The notes under the pieces: model-generated
What the model was told of the DNA's origin: nothing
Database searches by the model: none
Seen by the model: the letters and a program-made list of their open reading frames with translations, nothing else
Assembly (NCBI GenBank): GCA_037130765.1
Contig: JBAXSK010000001.1
Location: forward strand, 7,200-71,199
Direction: 5' to 3'
Source: Pseudanabaena sp. ELA607
Lineage (GTDB): Bacteria; Cyanobacteriota; Cyanobacteriia; Pseudanabaenales; Pseudanabaenaceae
DNA: 64,000 bases
Position numbers and translations under genes: made by a program
Shown here: positions 1 to 10,779 of the stretch, one piece after another
How positions within the stretch are numbered: the stretch's first letter is position 1
How the letters are laid out: each line of letters opens with the position of its first letter

Positions 1-514
1 ACATGAAATTTAGGTTGGCATAGCTTGGTTAAACCCTGCTGCAATAGCCAATTACATCTATTCGCATCAATTGACAATATTGGACAAACTAAGCTAGTCA
101 ATTTCAATTGATCTAGGTTATCTAGATATTAATTGGATGCCAAAATCATGTCACGAAAGCCTATGTCAAGGAGTTTCAAGGAGTTTTAAGAGAGGGAGTC
201 ACTGATTCCTATGCAAACTAGGAATCGATTAGGACGTACCAACTCACTCCTACACACCTTGTGGCTCCACAGCGTCAGCCGATGACAGCTAGCTTGAGCT
301 ATGGGCCAAAACACACAAGTACATTTGCCATCGTGATACAGGTAGTTTCTAGCAGTGGTATCTTCTGATACAATTTCCTTGCCAATAGGCGAGCAGATCA
401 GGTGCTATGTTAAGCAATGTTAATCATTACTGATTTATACCGAGAGTGTTTGGGGGCTATGTGTTAGTTGCCGTCCTAATGCCGTCCTAATTAATATGTG
501 ATTAATACGTGTAT

Positions 515-952
515 TTATTCGTCTTTAGGCAATTTTTGGGCGCTGCTTGCATCTGGGAATTTTCTATTAATTAATTTGACACTAGAAATAATCAGCAAAA
601 AGATTAAGCAGCTAGATATAGCTGTCATCATCTCTTGAAATTTCGGTGAAATGACAATGATAAATCCTTGATCTTTAATCAAACTCGAAAAACTGGATAC
701 ACAAAAAGGCATTAAATACAATCTGAAAATCTGCCAATAATCAATCTCTTGCGGTGCTTGAGGTGACACGCTAAGGATTAACCCTGTACCAATTACAGCA
801 CTGATCCCAAGGGAATTAATCCAGATCTTAGGGGTGGGATCAAAGTGCCAATAAACAGTTACTAAATACCAAATCAAATAGCACCAAAGAGTGATTTTAT
901 CTGGTTTTAGATTACATAAATAATTATTTAAACCCTTAATTAACGCAAGCAT
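515..952 (-). CDS. hypothetical multi-pass membrane protein
   Basis: 145-aa ORF with several hydrophobic helices (LWCYLIWYLVTVYW, ISAVIGTGLILSV, CLIFLLIISSV). No family motif recognised. Confidence 0.4.
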   Translation of the reverse strand: MLALIKGLNNYLCNLKPDKITLWCYLIWYLVTVYWHFDPTPKIWINSLGISAVIGTGLILSVSPQAPQEIDYWQIFRLYLMPFCVSSFSSLIKDQGFIIVISPKFQEMMTAISSCLIFLLIISSVKLINRKFPDASSAQKLPKDE

Positions 953-1161
953 TTTACCGAGAGCATTTTACTGTAATAATTTTACTGAGGGCGTTGCCCC
1001 AAAAAGAATAGCTGAGCTAATCATGATGACTAACTCAGCTATTACTTTGACTTTTTATTGGTTAATATCTAAGGGCTGCATTCCCAATGAATGGTGTAAT
1101 TTAGATAATAGCTTTGACAATAGATTTTAGATCTGCGAATTTTATTCGCAAACTTTACCAA

Positions 1162-1458
1162 CTACCAACCACCGCTACGACGACCGCCACGATTACCGGA
1201 GTCTTCTTTAGGTCTGGCTTTATTGACTTTCAATTGCCGTCCCATCCATTCTGCGCCATCAAGAGCTTCGATACCAGCGGCTTCTTCCGCATCACTTCCC
1301 ATTTCCACAAAACCAAAACCTCTGGGGCGGCTGGTTTCACGGTCTACAGGCAATTGCACATTCTTAACAGTGCCATACTCAGAAAACACTTCTTTCAAGT
1401 CGTCAGAAGTTACCTGATAAGAAAGGTTGCCAACATATATCACGAGACTAATCTCCAA
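1162..1458 (-). CDS. RRM-type RNA-binding protein with Gly/Arg-rich tail (cyanobacterial Rbp family)
   Basis: RNP2 IYVGNL and RNP1 RGFGFVEM motifs, with C-terminal GNRGGRRSGGW. The tracked start is a TTG. A GVG-type internal GVG is not present, but an internal GTG at 1443 would give the more typical MIYVGNLSY N-terminus. Confidence 0.9.
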   Translation of the reverse strand: MEISLVIYVGNLSYQVTSDDLKEVFSEYGTVKNVQLPVDRETSRPRGFGFVEMGSDAEEAAGIEALDGAEWMGRQLKVNKARPKEDSGNRGGRRSGGW

Positions 1459-1735
1459 AACTTCAATTAATTAAACAAAACCCGAAAACAAAACCAACTA
1501 CCAATGGAATATCCGATACAACTTTGCTGCTGCCGAAATAAACCTTGTGCTACGGACACTCTTGCTACAAATAATCTTGCCGCCAAAGCTTAGCTTGTCG
1601 CGAGTTAGTCTGCTCAAGCTAAAAGCACTGTAAACATTTTAGCACTTATTTATGTTTGTTCGTATTGAAATTACAGAGGTTTTAATACAATTTTAATGAG
1701 TGCAACTTATCAATCTGGGGCATCATGGCTTGCTG

Positions 1736-2479
1736 CTATGGCATGATGCCATGAAGTATCTGATAGACTACCGGGGCTAGGAGCAAGGCTGGTAAGTAAG
1801 AGGCGATGCGAATTTGGGTGATTTCTAATAGGTTTAAACTCAAGCCGACGAGGATGATCCCCCCTAGTCCACCCACTAAATGCAATACCGGTGATTCCCC
1901 TTGTTGGGGTAAAAATTGGGTTAAAGTTCCCGCTAATAGTGACAGAGTGCCTTGATATACCAAAACCGACAGGGCAGAAAATCCGACCCCAATACCGTAG
2001 GTGCTAGTGAAAGGTACGCTAATCAAGCCATCTAGAGCAGCTTTGATGTTGAGTAAGGCGGGATCAGCAAATAAACCGTTATTCAAACTACCCAGAATAG
2101 CCATTGGCCCAATGCAGTAAAGCAAGCTAGTGGTAACAAACCCTTCCGTAAATTTGCCGCTGCCTTGGAATTTGCCCTTCAGCCAGTCGCCGATTAGCTC
2201 TAAGCGTTCTTCGATCTGCCACCATTCGCCGCAAATCCCGCCCACAATCAGCAGGGCTAAAGCCAAAATTGTGCCATCAACAAAGCCAATTTTTACTTTG
2301 GTCAAAGCTTGAGCCATGTTGAGGCTAATAAACATGGTGATCAAGCCAATGCTTTGGGTGATAATTTTCTGAAATGAAGGACGTAATCGCCCCCGCACCA
2401 ACAGCCCTACCGTTGTACCCACGATAATTGTGGCGACATTGACCCAAGTACCGCTGGTTTTAGCCCAGAAATCTAGCAT
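1736..2479 (-). CDS. DUF554-family integral membrane protein
   Basis: 247-aa polytopic protein. The N-terminus (GTWVNVATIIVGTTVGLL) and overall layout resemble the DUF554/YdfK family. Confidence 0.55.
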   Translation of the reverse strand: MLDFWAKTSGTWVNVATIIVGTTVGLLVRGRLRPSFQKIITQSIGLITMFISLNMAQALTKVKIGFVDGTILALALLIVGGICGEWWQIEERLELIGDWLKGKFQGSGKFTEGFVTTSLLYCIGPMAILGSLNNGLFADPALLNIKAALDGLISVPFTSTYGIGVGFSALSVLVYQGTLSLLAGTLTQFLPQQGESPVLHLVGGLGGIILVGLSLNLLEITQIRIASYLPALLLAPVVYQILHGIMP

Positions 2480-2557
2480 GATTGCACCTCATGGCTAAAA
2501 CTGTCTGGCTTGAGATGATGAGTTTGGCTTAGATTGCTTGATACTAAAAAAACAGCT

Positions 2558-3712
2558 TTATTCTTCATAGTCCCAAAGTGCTTTGGCGGCATCTTCGTCC
2601 ATAACGCGCTGAGGACGCAGCACTAGTAATAATTGCCCAATAATCCTTGCCGCAACTTCCTTAGCCGCGTCAATATCCTTAAACCATTGCACCACTAGAT
2701 GATCGTTGTCTTCTAGTAAATAATAGCGATCACTTACTTTGTCAGAAATTTGATCAGAGGTTTTATGCTGGGATTCAGTTAATAACTCAGGCTTTCTGCC
2801 GCGATCAATTAACAATAAAATCTCTTCTGGTTTATTAGCTACACTGCTGACAATCTCTTGTCCTGATATTTCTTGGAACATCGCCGTATCTGTCAGCAGC
2901 AAAATGGCATCTTTGGCATCTTGCACCACCTGCCATCCGGGAACTGCCACCCAACCACAATCTAAACCTACGCCTCCTTTGGCAATGGCAAAAGCAGTGT
3001 GGATTTCTTGTTTGGGGAAATCACGACATACAGACACGGGTAAAGGTAAACTGCCGATCACCGGTAAAACCCGTGGGATCGCATCCTCGCCTTCATAGCG
3101 ATAAATCGGTAATCGGGGCGCTTTATTTTCCTTGGGGGTAACCATATCGGTGAGGAGTTGTTCCATCACTTTGCGGGCTGATTCGCTATGGACATATTGC
3201 AACCCTTTGGCAATCAATCGTGCTTTTTGCCCGGGATCAGGTCGTCCCTGATAAGCTCGCCACACCTGATAAGCCACCGCATCCCCCGGATGGCGCGTAA
3301 AGCCTGCGGGTAAATTCGACACGGCTGAGGCTTCTTTGATGGCTTTGACCACTTCTTTGACTTCTAAAACGTCAAGGTTTTTCTGAATGGCTAACTGGGC
3401 CATATCGAGTCGTTCCTGTTGGCTCAGCACCCGCAACTCATAGAGAATATCACTCCCCCGACGGCGAAAATGTTCGATTAATTCGGTCGGTGCGGGCAAT
3501 GTTTCTAAACCCATAAATACTTGGGCCGCGACAACGATTTGATTTTGCTGAATTGGCTCAAAGCCCGTATTCTCGAAAATCGCTAAGGAATTTTCACCCA
3601 GTCTTTGTAAGGCTAGACAAGCTTGCCCCCACTGCACCCATGTCCCTTGTTTTTGGCGCAAAAAAGTGAATAGCTCTTCGCCATCACTGGGCAAAATTTC
3701 ATTGTCTGACAT
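2558..3712 (-). CDS. raf1: RuBisCO accumulation factor 1 (Raf1)
   Basis: The N-terminal signature GTWVQWGQACLALQ...FENTGFEPIQQNQIVVAAQVF is typical of cyanobacterial Raf1. The size (384 aa) fits. Confidence 0.7.
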   Translation of the reverse strand: MSDNEILPSDGEELFTFLRQKQGTWVQWGQACLALQRLGENSLAIFENTGFEPIQQNQIVVAAQVFMGLETLPAPTELIEHFRRRGSDILYELRVLSQQERLDMAQLAIQKNLDVLEVKEVVKAIKEASAVSNLPAGFTRHPGDAVAYQVWRAYQGRPDPGQKARLIAKGLQYVHSESARKVMEQLLTDMVTPKENKAPRLPIYRYEGEDAIPRVLPVIGSLPLPVSVCRDFPKQEIHTAFAIAKGGVGLDCGWVAVPGWQVVQDAKDAILLLTDTAMFQEISGQEIVSSVANKPEEILLLIDRGRKPELLTESQHKTSDQISDKVSDRYYLLEDNDHLVVQWFKDIDAAKEVAARIIGQLLLVLRPQRVMDEDAAKALWDYEE

Positions 3713-3834
3713 AAACTTTGACTGGTGTGAGGGTTAATTGGAGAATTAATAATAAGGAATTAGGAAGTTAGTTAATCAATTAGGGAATTAGTAGCAATCA
3801 AGATTGTTTGTGGTCTATGCCACATGGAGAGCAA

Positions 3835-5646
3835 TTAATCACCATTAAGCTGCAAAATTGCCATGAAAGCTTCTTGGGGGACTTCCACCGTACCGATAGA
3901 TTTCATGCGCTTTTTCCCTTCTTTTTGCTTTTCTAAGAGCTTTTTCTTACGGGAAATATCGCCACCGTAACACTTACTCAGGACGTTCTTGCGTAAAGCT
4001 GCAATATTTTCTCGCGCGAGGATTTTAGCCCCAATCGCTGCTTGGACAGGAATCTGAAACTGTTGCCGAGGAATTAAGTCTTTTAATTTGGCCGCCAAAG
4101 CACGCCCCACATTATAGGCTTTATCCCGATGCACAATGCAGGCGAGGGCATCCACTGGCTCGTTATTCACCAAAATATCCAGCAACACCAAATCATTAGG
4201 GCGATAACCAATCAGTTGATATTCCATGCTGGCATAGCCTTTGGTGCGGGACTTCATCTGATCAAAAAAGTCAGTTACCATCTCGGCTAAGGGCACTTCG
4301 TAAATCAGGGTGACCCGCTCTGGGGTGATGTATTTGGTATCGACAAACACGCCCCGCCGTGTGGTGCATAGTTCCATCAAAGTACCGACATAAACCTGTG
4401 GGGTCATGATTTCTAGCTTCACATAAGGCTCTTCAATCATTTCCCGTTCGTGGGGTGGCGGCAATTCGCTGGGATTGTCAATCATCACCACTTCGCCTTT
4501 GATGCTGGTAATGCGATACACCACCGAAGGCGCAGTCACAATCAGATCTAAGTTATATTCCCGTTCGAGACGCTCTTGGACGATTTCCATGTGCAGCATT
4601 CCCAAAAAGCCGCAGCGGAAGCCGAAACCCATCGCGTTTGAGGTTTCTGGCTCATAGTTGAGAGCCGCATCATTCAGCTTTAGTTTGGTTAAAGCTTCCC
4701 GTAAATCTTCAAACTGATCGGCATCGGTGGGGAACATCCCGCAAAATACCATCGGCTTGGCTTCTTCATAACCAGGGAATGGTTCTAGGGCTGGATTTGC
4801 CGCCGCAGTAATCGTATCGCCGACCCGCGCATGGGCCACGGCTTTGATCGCAGCCGCCAGATAACCTACTTCCCCAGCGTGCAGCTCATCAACTTGGATT
4901 TGATTCGGCGCTAAGATACCCAACTCATCAATCACATAATCTTGGGCCGATGCCATAAAGCGCACCCGATCGCCTTTGCGTACCGTGCCATCCATGACCC
5001 GAAAATAAACAATTACGCCGCGATAAGCATCATAATAACTGTCGAAAATCAAGGCCCGTAATGGCTCATGGGTCGTGTCTTTCGGGGCAGGTACCTTCTC
5101 GACAATTGCTTCTAAAATATCTTGAATGCCAATGCCTTCTTTTGCTGAAGCCCGCACCGCTTCACTGCAATCCAAACCGATTAATTCTTCAATTTCATGG
5201 GCGATGCGTTCGGGATCAGCACCGGGTAAATCAATTTTATTTAAAACGGGAATAATTTCTAAATCATTGGCTAGGGCTAAGTACACATTAGCCAAGGTTT
5301 GCGCTTCGACCCCTTGGGAAGCATCTACCACCAGCAATGCCCCTTCACAAGCCGCTAAACTGCGGGAAACTTCATAGGAAAAGTCAACGTGTCCGGGGGT
5401 ATCAATTAAATTCAGCACATACTCTTCACCGCTTTTGGTGGTGTAGTTCATCCGTGCCGCTTGTAACTTGATCGTAATGCCCCGCTCGCGTTCGAGATCC
5501 ATGTTGTCGAGGAACTGCTCTTTCATTTCGCGGGCAGTCACAGTTCCCGTGTACTGAAGCAGGCGGTCAGCTAGGGTGGACTTACCGTGATCAATGTGAG
5601 CGATAATGGAAAAATTGCGAATCCGCGATACGGGTGCGTTAGTCAT
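3835..5646 (-). CDS. lepA: translation elongation factor 4 (LepA)
   Basis: GTPase motifs [14 protein letters not shown] and NKID. The LepA-specific C-terminus [23 protein letters not shown] is present. Confidence 0.97.
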   Translation of the reverse strand: MTNAPVSRIRNFSIIAHIDHGKSTLADRLLQYTGTVTAREMKEQFLDNMDLERERGITIKLQAARMNYTTKSGEEYVLNLIDTPGHVDFSYEVSRSLAACEGALLVVDASQGVEAQTLANVYLALANDLEIIPVLNKIDLPGADPERIAHEIEELIGLDCSEAVRASAKEGIGIQDILEAIVEKVPAPKDTTHEPLRALIFDSYYDAYRGVIVYFRVMDGTVRKGDRVRFMASAQDYVIDELGILAPNQIQVDELHAGEVGYLAAAIKAVAHARVGDTITAAANPALEPFPGYEEAKPMVFCGMFPTDADQFEDLREALTKLKLNDAALNYEPETSNAMGFGFRCGFLGMLHMEIVQERLEREYNLDLIVTAPSVVYRITSIKGEVVMIDNPSELPPPHEREMIEEPYVKLEIMTPQVYVGTLMELCTTRRGVFVDTKYITPERVTLIYEVPLAEMVTDFFDQMKSRTKGYASMEYQLIGYRPNDLVLLDILVNNEPVDALACIVHRDKAYNVGRALAAKLKDLIPRQQFQIPVQAAIGAKILARENIAALRKNVLSKCYGGDISRKKKLLEKQKEGKKRMKSIGTVEVPQEAFMAILQLNGD

Positions 5647-5815
5647 ATACCGAAACGTTGCTTAACATTTGCTATCATAGCGCACTTTTTATGGACTGTT
5701 TTTTTTAGTGTTTTTTTAATAGTTTTTTTGGTGTTTTGAGTAACCCTCCAGCCATTTAAGCTTTACTCCTCAGACTGGACGATATTTGCAATAAGTATTT
5801 TTACTGAGAATATTT

Positions 5816-6295
5816 TTACTGGGAATTTGCGGGATTTTCTCCATCCACCACAGGTGCAAGCAAATCAGGTGCTAATTCCAGCAATTTTTGGCGCAACCAG
5901 TGGCGCTCTAGGTGCAAATCAATGCAGGTAAATAATTCCTGAAAATGAAATGGCTTGGTAATATAACCTTCACCACCCACCGTAAAAGCTTTACCCCGAT
6001 CTAAAATTTCATCAATTGCCGTAATAAAAATCACCGGAATATGTTTAATTTTAGGATTTTCTTTAATTATTTGACAGAGGGTATAACCATCAACTTCAGG
6101 CATTAAAATATCCAGCAAAATTAGATCGATTTTGACTCTTTCTAGGGTTGCCAAAGCCAGATTAGCATTGGGCACAGGATGGGCATAAAAACCTTTTTGG
6201 GGCAATATTTCGTTTAAAAGACGTAAATTACTTGGCTTATCATCCACCACTAAAATATGAATATCACTGGCATCATAAATTGGGATTAACATCAA
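5816..6295 (-). CDS. response regulator, receiver domain only
   Basis: REC motifs: VVDD, phospho-acceptor context LILLDILMP, and YITKPF. No output domain is present. Confidence 0.85.
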   Translation of the reverse strand: MMLIPIYDASDIHILVVDDKPSNLRLLNEILPQKGFYAHPVPNANLALATLERVKIDLILLDILMPEVDGYTLCQIIKENPKIKHIPVIFITAIDEILDRGKAFTVGGEGYITKPFHFQELFTCIDLHLERHWLRQKLLELAPDLLAPVVDGENPANSQ

Positions 6296-6376
6296 ACAGA
6301 TATTCCTTGACTTCGATTAACTTTTGTCAATACAACCATAATTAATCACAGGTGGTTGGCTCAGAATTATCTTATA

Positions 6377-8068
6377 TTAATGCAATTGATGATTATTTTG
6401 ATGTTTTTCGAGGGCATCTTCAATAAAATTTAATAGCTCTTGGTAGGCAAATTCTTCAATCATCCTAGAGACCAATACCATTGCATTAGGAAATATTGTC
6501 TCTAATGTGGCACAGAAACTTTGCAGACCATTAAAGTCAGCTTTTAATACTAACTGCTTAATAGTATTTAAATCATCTTGACCCAGTATGGCTAAGACAT
6601 CATCAGAGGATGCAGTGATTGGTAAATTAACTGCTAAATTATTCCTATAAGATTGATGGTTAGCGATAAAATTGGAGTTATTCTTTTCCCAACAAGTAAC
6701 ATCCTGTGGTTGCGCGGTCAAATAATCAGTATGATGGACTAAATTGGCATAGGGACTATAGGTTTGATCAGGAATTTGATTACTCATATCATCATTAATG
6801 CCATCACTAATTTGACTACTATAAACTGATGTCTGGGGAACTTTAATGGGTAATAAAACGGTAAATTTAGTGCCTAAACCTACGGTACTATCAAAAAATA
6901 TTTGTGCTCCCAAATGTCTGATGAGCCGCTGAAAAATTGCTAAGCCTAAACCCACCCCTTGATCACTATCTCTGCCTGCTTGACCTTGGCTAAATGGTTG
7001 CCAAATTAGTGATTTTTCTTCTGGTAAAATGCCTACTCCTGTATCTGTCACCATCAGGCACAACCAAGCATTATGGTCTATGGGTAGTTGAATAGAATTG
7101 CTAATCGATGAACTAGCTAATAAATCCTGTAATGGTTGATTTAATGTAAGGTAATCAGTGAGTTTTTCTAACTGTAAATCAGTAATTTCTTCTTGATAGC
7201 TTAATTCTAATTTAATGCTGCCCTTTTGCGTAAATTTAACCGCATTATGAATTAAATTTTGTAAAATTTGTCTGACTTTTAAAGCATCAAGATAAATCCA
7301 CTGGGGTACTTTAATCTCAATATCTAAAATTAGCTCCAGATTTTTTCGATTTGATTCTGCCAGAAACTGATCCATAATTTCTTGGATAAAACTTCTGGTA
7401 TGACAGAGATTTAAAGTAGTATGTAAAACATCTGATTCAATGCGAGCTAAATCTAATAATTGATTGACCATTGCTAGCAAGTAATAGCTATTATTCAAAA
7501 TATAAATTAGATATTTACTAGCAGTAGCAGAAATTTCGGGCTGTTCCTGTAAAAGTTGCGTAAAACCAATCATTGCATTTAACGGCGTGCGTAATTCATG
7601 GCTAATATTTTGCAGGAAAATCGTCTTGGATCGATTGGCTACTTCGGCTGCTTCTTTAGCCTTAGCTAGTTGTATTTCATGATTCTTTAATTCTGTGATA
7701 TTGCGAATAATACACACCACTTCATCCGCAGCCAGAGGCGCAATACTGTCCATAAACCAATCTGTTGTCTGATCCGCTAATCTCAAACTATATTCATAGT
7801 TTTCCACCTGCTGATGCTTAATGACTATTCTAGCTAAACTTAACCAGGCTCCATCAATACCGCCATGAAAAAACTCATTAGTTGTGGCTTCAATGATTAA
7901 TTGATTACGGGGATCAGCTAAGTTAATTTGCGTAGGGATAAACTCAATAGAACCATTGAGAGAAATCACCATTACTAAATCAGGAATTGCCGCAAAAAAC
8001 TGTCTTAATTTTAATTCAGACTGAAATAATTTTTGATTTAATAATAAGCTGTCTGAAACATCATTCAT
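6377..8068 (-). CDS. cytoplasmic PAS sensor histidine kinase
   Basis: A PAS-like N-terminus is followed by the H-box SHELRTPLN, N-box NLIHNAVKF, and G-boxes DTGVGI and GLGLAI. No TM segments are evident. There is an extra C-terminal region of about 130 aa. Confidence 0.9.
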   Translation of the reverse strand: MNDVSDSLLLNQKLFQSELKLRQFFAAIPDLVMVISLNGSIEFIPTQINLADPRNQLIIEATTNEFFHGGIDGAWLSLARIVIKHQQVENYEYSLRLADQTTDWFMDSIAPLAADEVVCIIRNITELKNHEIQLAKAKEAAEVANRSKTIFLQNISHELRTPLNAMIGFTQLLQEQPEISATASKYLIYILNNSYYLLAMVNQLLDLARIESDVLHTTLNLCHTRSFIQEIMDQFLAESNRKNLELILDIEIKVPQWIYLDALKVRQILQNLIHNAVKFTQKGSIKLELSYQEEITDLQLEKLTDYLTLNQPLQDLLASSSISNSIQLPIDHNAWLCLMVTDTGVGILPEEKSLIWQPFSQGQAGRDSDQGVGLGLAIFQRLIRHLGAQIFFDSTVGLGTKFTVLLPIKVPQTSVYSSQISDGINDDMSNQIPDQTYSPYANLVHHTDYLTAQPQDVTCWEKNNSNFIANHQSYRNNLAVNLPITASSDDVLAILGQDDLNTIKQLVLKADFNGLQSFCATLETIFPNAMVLVSRMIEEFAYQELLNFIEDALEKHQNNHQLH

Positions 8069-8496
8069 TGTAACTAGATGAGATAGTTTTGCTAACTTGC
8101 CACGTATTTTTTGTCACATATTTACTGATAAACATTATATCGTGATCTAAATCATCGCAACCTAATAGATTAGTCTTAGATTTACAGACTAAATTATCCT
8201 TAAATAATTAATTCAGATATTAGTCATAGAGGTTCGCATTTGACTAATTACCCATAAAATTACTTACAACATAAGCAATTGAGCATAGGCACTCTACGAA
8301 TGCTAGTCTCAAAATTACTCTGTTTAGCGCATTAATTTACAATCAAAAAAATAGAATTAGCTTCTCAAAACAGTTTTTATACTGTCACAGTCCGAAATTA
8401 TAACGTTTTCCTACTTGATACATCAGAGACAAAATGCTTAGTTATTGTATTAATATTGTTTTATTAATAATGATGACGCAACTTCTTTGAATTGCT

Positions 8497-9273
8497 CTAT
8501 GTATCGGTTGGCTGATAGACATAATTAACCGGCGGACGAATGCACAAATAAAGTAACGGGCCGATCAAGGGCAATCCTAAGCACCACCATAACCACTTCC
8601 CTTGCCGACAATTGCGACGACTTAAATCATCCCACAAAATAATCGGTAAGAGGGAATTTAGCAGGCAAAAATCCAACCCCATCACATGAATAAAACGGTC
8701 ACGTTGCCATAGCTGGATAAAATCATTAAAATTTCCTTGCTGCCAACCATAATAAAGAAAATAGCTGGTGATCATTACTAAAATAATTCCTGTGAATTTA
8801 CCGCCAAAAGCTTTGGCCCACCATTTGGGCTTGGTCTGATTGGCTAAAGCAGTTAATTCCGCATTAGTTGCGCTAGTTAAATTAGGCTCGTCTGATTTAT
8901 TGCTGACATCTAGGACAATCTGCGGCTCTGGGTGGCGTAATACCAAGTAGGGCAACATTGCAAATGCCCCGACAAAAAAAGACAACCCGACAAATAAACC
9001 AGTGGGCACGCGCTGCCGTTTGCCTTCCGTACACAAAACCGCTGCATAAATTGCTGGCAAGACCCCCATTAAATTAAATAAACAAACTACATAACCATCA
9101 ATTCCCTGCCATTGTCCCACCACCAAGCGCTTGATTAACTCTGGGGTGTTGGGTTGATCTGCTGGGGCAAAGCCAAAAGCATATATGCCAAAACCTAGCC
9201 ACAGCAAAAACAGAGCTAGTCGTGGCAGAGTTAGCTCAAAGCGCACCACAGATGAACTAGATACATCAGTCAT
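8497..9273 (-). CDS. hypothetical polytopic membrane protein
   Basis: 258-aa ORF with two hydrophobic halves separated by a polar linker. No family recognised with confidence. Confidence 0.45.
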   Translation of the reverse strand: MTDVSSSSVVRFELTLPRLALFLLWLGFGIYAFGFAPADQPNTPELIKRLVVGQWQGIDGYVVCLFNLMGVLPAIYAAVLCTEGKRQRVPTGLFVGLSFFVGAFAMLPYLVLRHPEPQIVLDVSNKSDEPNLTSATNAELTALANQTKPKWWAKAFGGKFTGIILVMITSYFLYYGWQQGNFNDFIQLWQRDRFIHVMGLDFCLLNSLLPIILWDDLSRRNCRQGKWLWWCLGLPLIGPLLYLCIRPPVNYVYQPTDT

Positions 9274-9340
9274 AGATCAGGAATATTAGTTAAAATTAGG
9301 CACTAACCAGAAAATATCTTTATTTAAAGAATTAGGAGAA

Positions 9341-9703
9341 TTACTTAAGAAATTGCTTAATAGTTTTGATTAATTCAGGCGGATGATAAGGCTTGGTCAC
9401 ATAGGCATCAGCCCCCTGTTTGATACCCCAATATTTATCAAATTCTTCACTCTTGGTGGTACACATGATCACAGGCACATTTTTGGTCGCTTCATTGCTT
9501 TTGATCCAACGACACAACTCATAGCCATTCATCTTAGGCATGACTACATCAGTAACCACTACATCCGGTGTCATGGTTTGCAGGTGTTTGACTGCTTCTT
9601 CACCATCATGGGCTTCCATGACTTCAATTCCCTGCTCGCGCAGTTGAGATGAAACCAACTCAAGCACCATGGTGCTGTCATCGACAACTAAAACTTTGGC
9701 CAT
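9341..9703 (-). CDS. CheY-like single-domain response regulator
   Basis: REC motifs VVDDS, VVVTDVVMP and YVTKPY. At 120 aa there is no output domain. Confidence 0.9.
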   Translation of the reverse strand: MAKVLVVDDSTMVLELVSSQLREQGIEVMEAHDGEEAVKHLQTMTPDVVVTDVVMPKMNGYELCRWIKSNEATKNVPVIMCTTKSEEFDKYWGIKQGADAYVTKPYHPPELIKTIKQFLK

Positions 9704-10455
9704 ATATTTTTTCCTTTCAGTTTACCTACCGCATAGTGTTTAATTCAAGGACTATCGAATTCTGATGAGATGAATTACTGACTAGTCGAACTATTGCAGT
9801 AAGAATTATTTATATTAATCTTAGTCTTAAAGGTTAATTACACCAATACTTAGCCTAAATACTCATGCGCCACTGATAATATCTACATAATCACCTTGGA
9901 TGATGCGTAGTTTAAAATATCGCGCCAAGTATCTAGGATAACAAGCTCTAAACTCAACAGAACTTACTCTTTCAAGCATTGCTAAGAAGTTTATTACGCT
10001 TAGGGATGAGCGATGTTACCCACTCCAACTATGGTAAATCGACAGAGCAAAACATAGTCCTGAATCTACAGGAACCATCTGGCGGACTCTGCTGTTAGGT
10101 GACAGCATGAATCCACAACGCCATACTATATTACCAGTACCCGGGATTATGGCTAACTAATGTAACACCAGTTTACCCATTTATTTCACAGTAGATGCAC
10201 CACGAATGCTTCGGGTATATCAGCGTCTAGTTGCTAACCCTTGGCAGTGCAGCTATTTGTTTTTAGTTCTTGACAATTAACTGCATCAGTTAGGTGCTTG
10301 ACCTAGTGGAAATTTCCTAATGCTTACCGCAGTCCGCAGCAAAAATTCACATTATTGTCAAGCAAGATATGATCAGGCAAGATGCCCACCCCATAAAAGT
10401 TTTAGTATTAATACCTGTATTGCTCTAGATAAAAAATGCCATAAACAATATGAGA

Positions 10456-10779
10456 TCAAGCTAAATCTAATGGTTGGGCGCTTTTCATCACCGTTAGCTC
10501 TTGCTCTAACGCATTGACTTTTTCTAAGAGTTTCTGATTAGCATAGGTTAATTCCTGTGCTTTGGTGGACAGATAAGGATCTGACTCCCACCAGTTGATG
10601 CCGATTTCTTTGGCTTTGTCCACCGAAGCTACCAGCAACCGAATCCGAATGCTCAGTAGTTCCACGCTGCCGACGGAGACAGTAATATCGCCCGCTATAA
10701 CAATGCCTTTATCCAAGACTCGTTCGAGAATATCAGCTAGGGAGGAACCACTGGTGCTAGATTTAATGGCTTGATTCAT
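10456..10779 (-). CDS. gvpJ: gas vesicle protein GvpJ (GvpA/J/M family)
   Basis: GvpA-like core LADILERVLDKGIVIAGDITVSVGSVELLSIRIRLLVASVDKA. Its start overlaps the gvpN stop. Confidence 0.8.
   Translation of the reverse strand: MNQAIKSSTSGSSLADILERVLDKGIVIAGDITVSVGSVELLSIRIRLLVASVDKAKEIGINWWESDPYLSTKAQELTYANQKLLEKVNALEQELTVMKSAQPLDLA

Noticed and set aside
204-260. Yfr1-like sRNA: a stem-loop (gattcct...aggaatc) followed by ACTCCTACACAC, which resembles the conserved Yfr1 ACUCCUCACAC loop.
   Set aside because: The motif differs by an inserted base. No convincing second stem-loop or U-tract terminator follows. A single short motif match is weak evidence.
1114-1470. A 118-aa plus-strand ORF (and 1223..1417) opposite the RRM protein gene.
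   Set aside because: It is antisense to a gene with unmistakable RNP1 and RNP2 motifs, and its translation has no recognisable features.
10320-10517. A 65-aa plus-strand ORF at the gvpJ 3' end.
   Set aside because: It overlaps the gvpJ C-terminus in antisense and extends into non-coding DNA. It shows no coding features.
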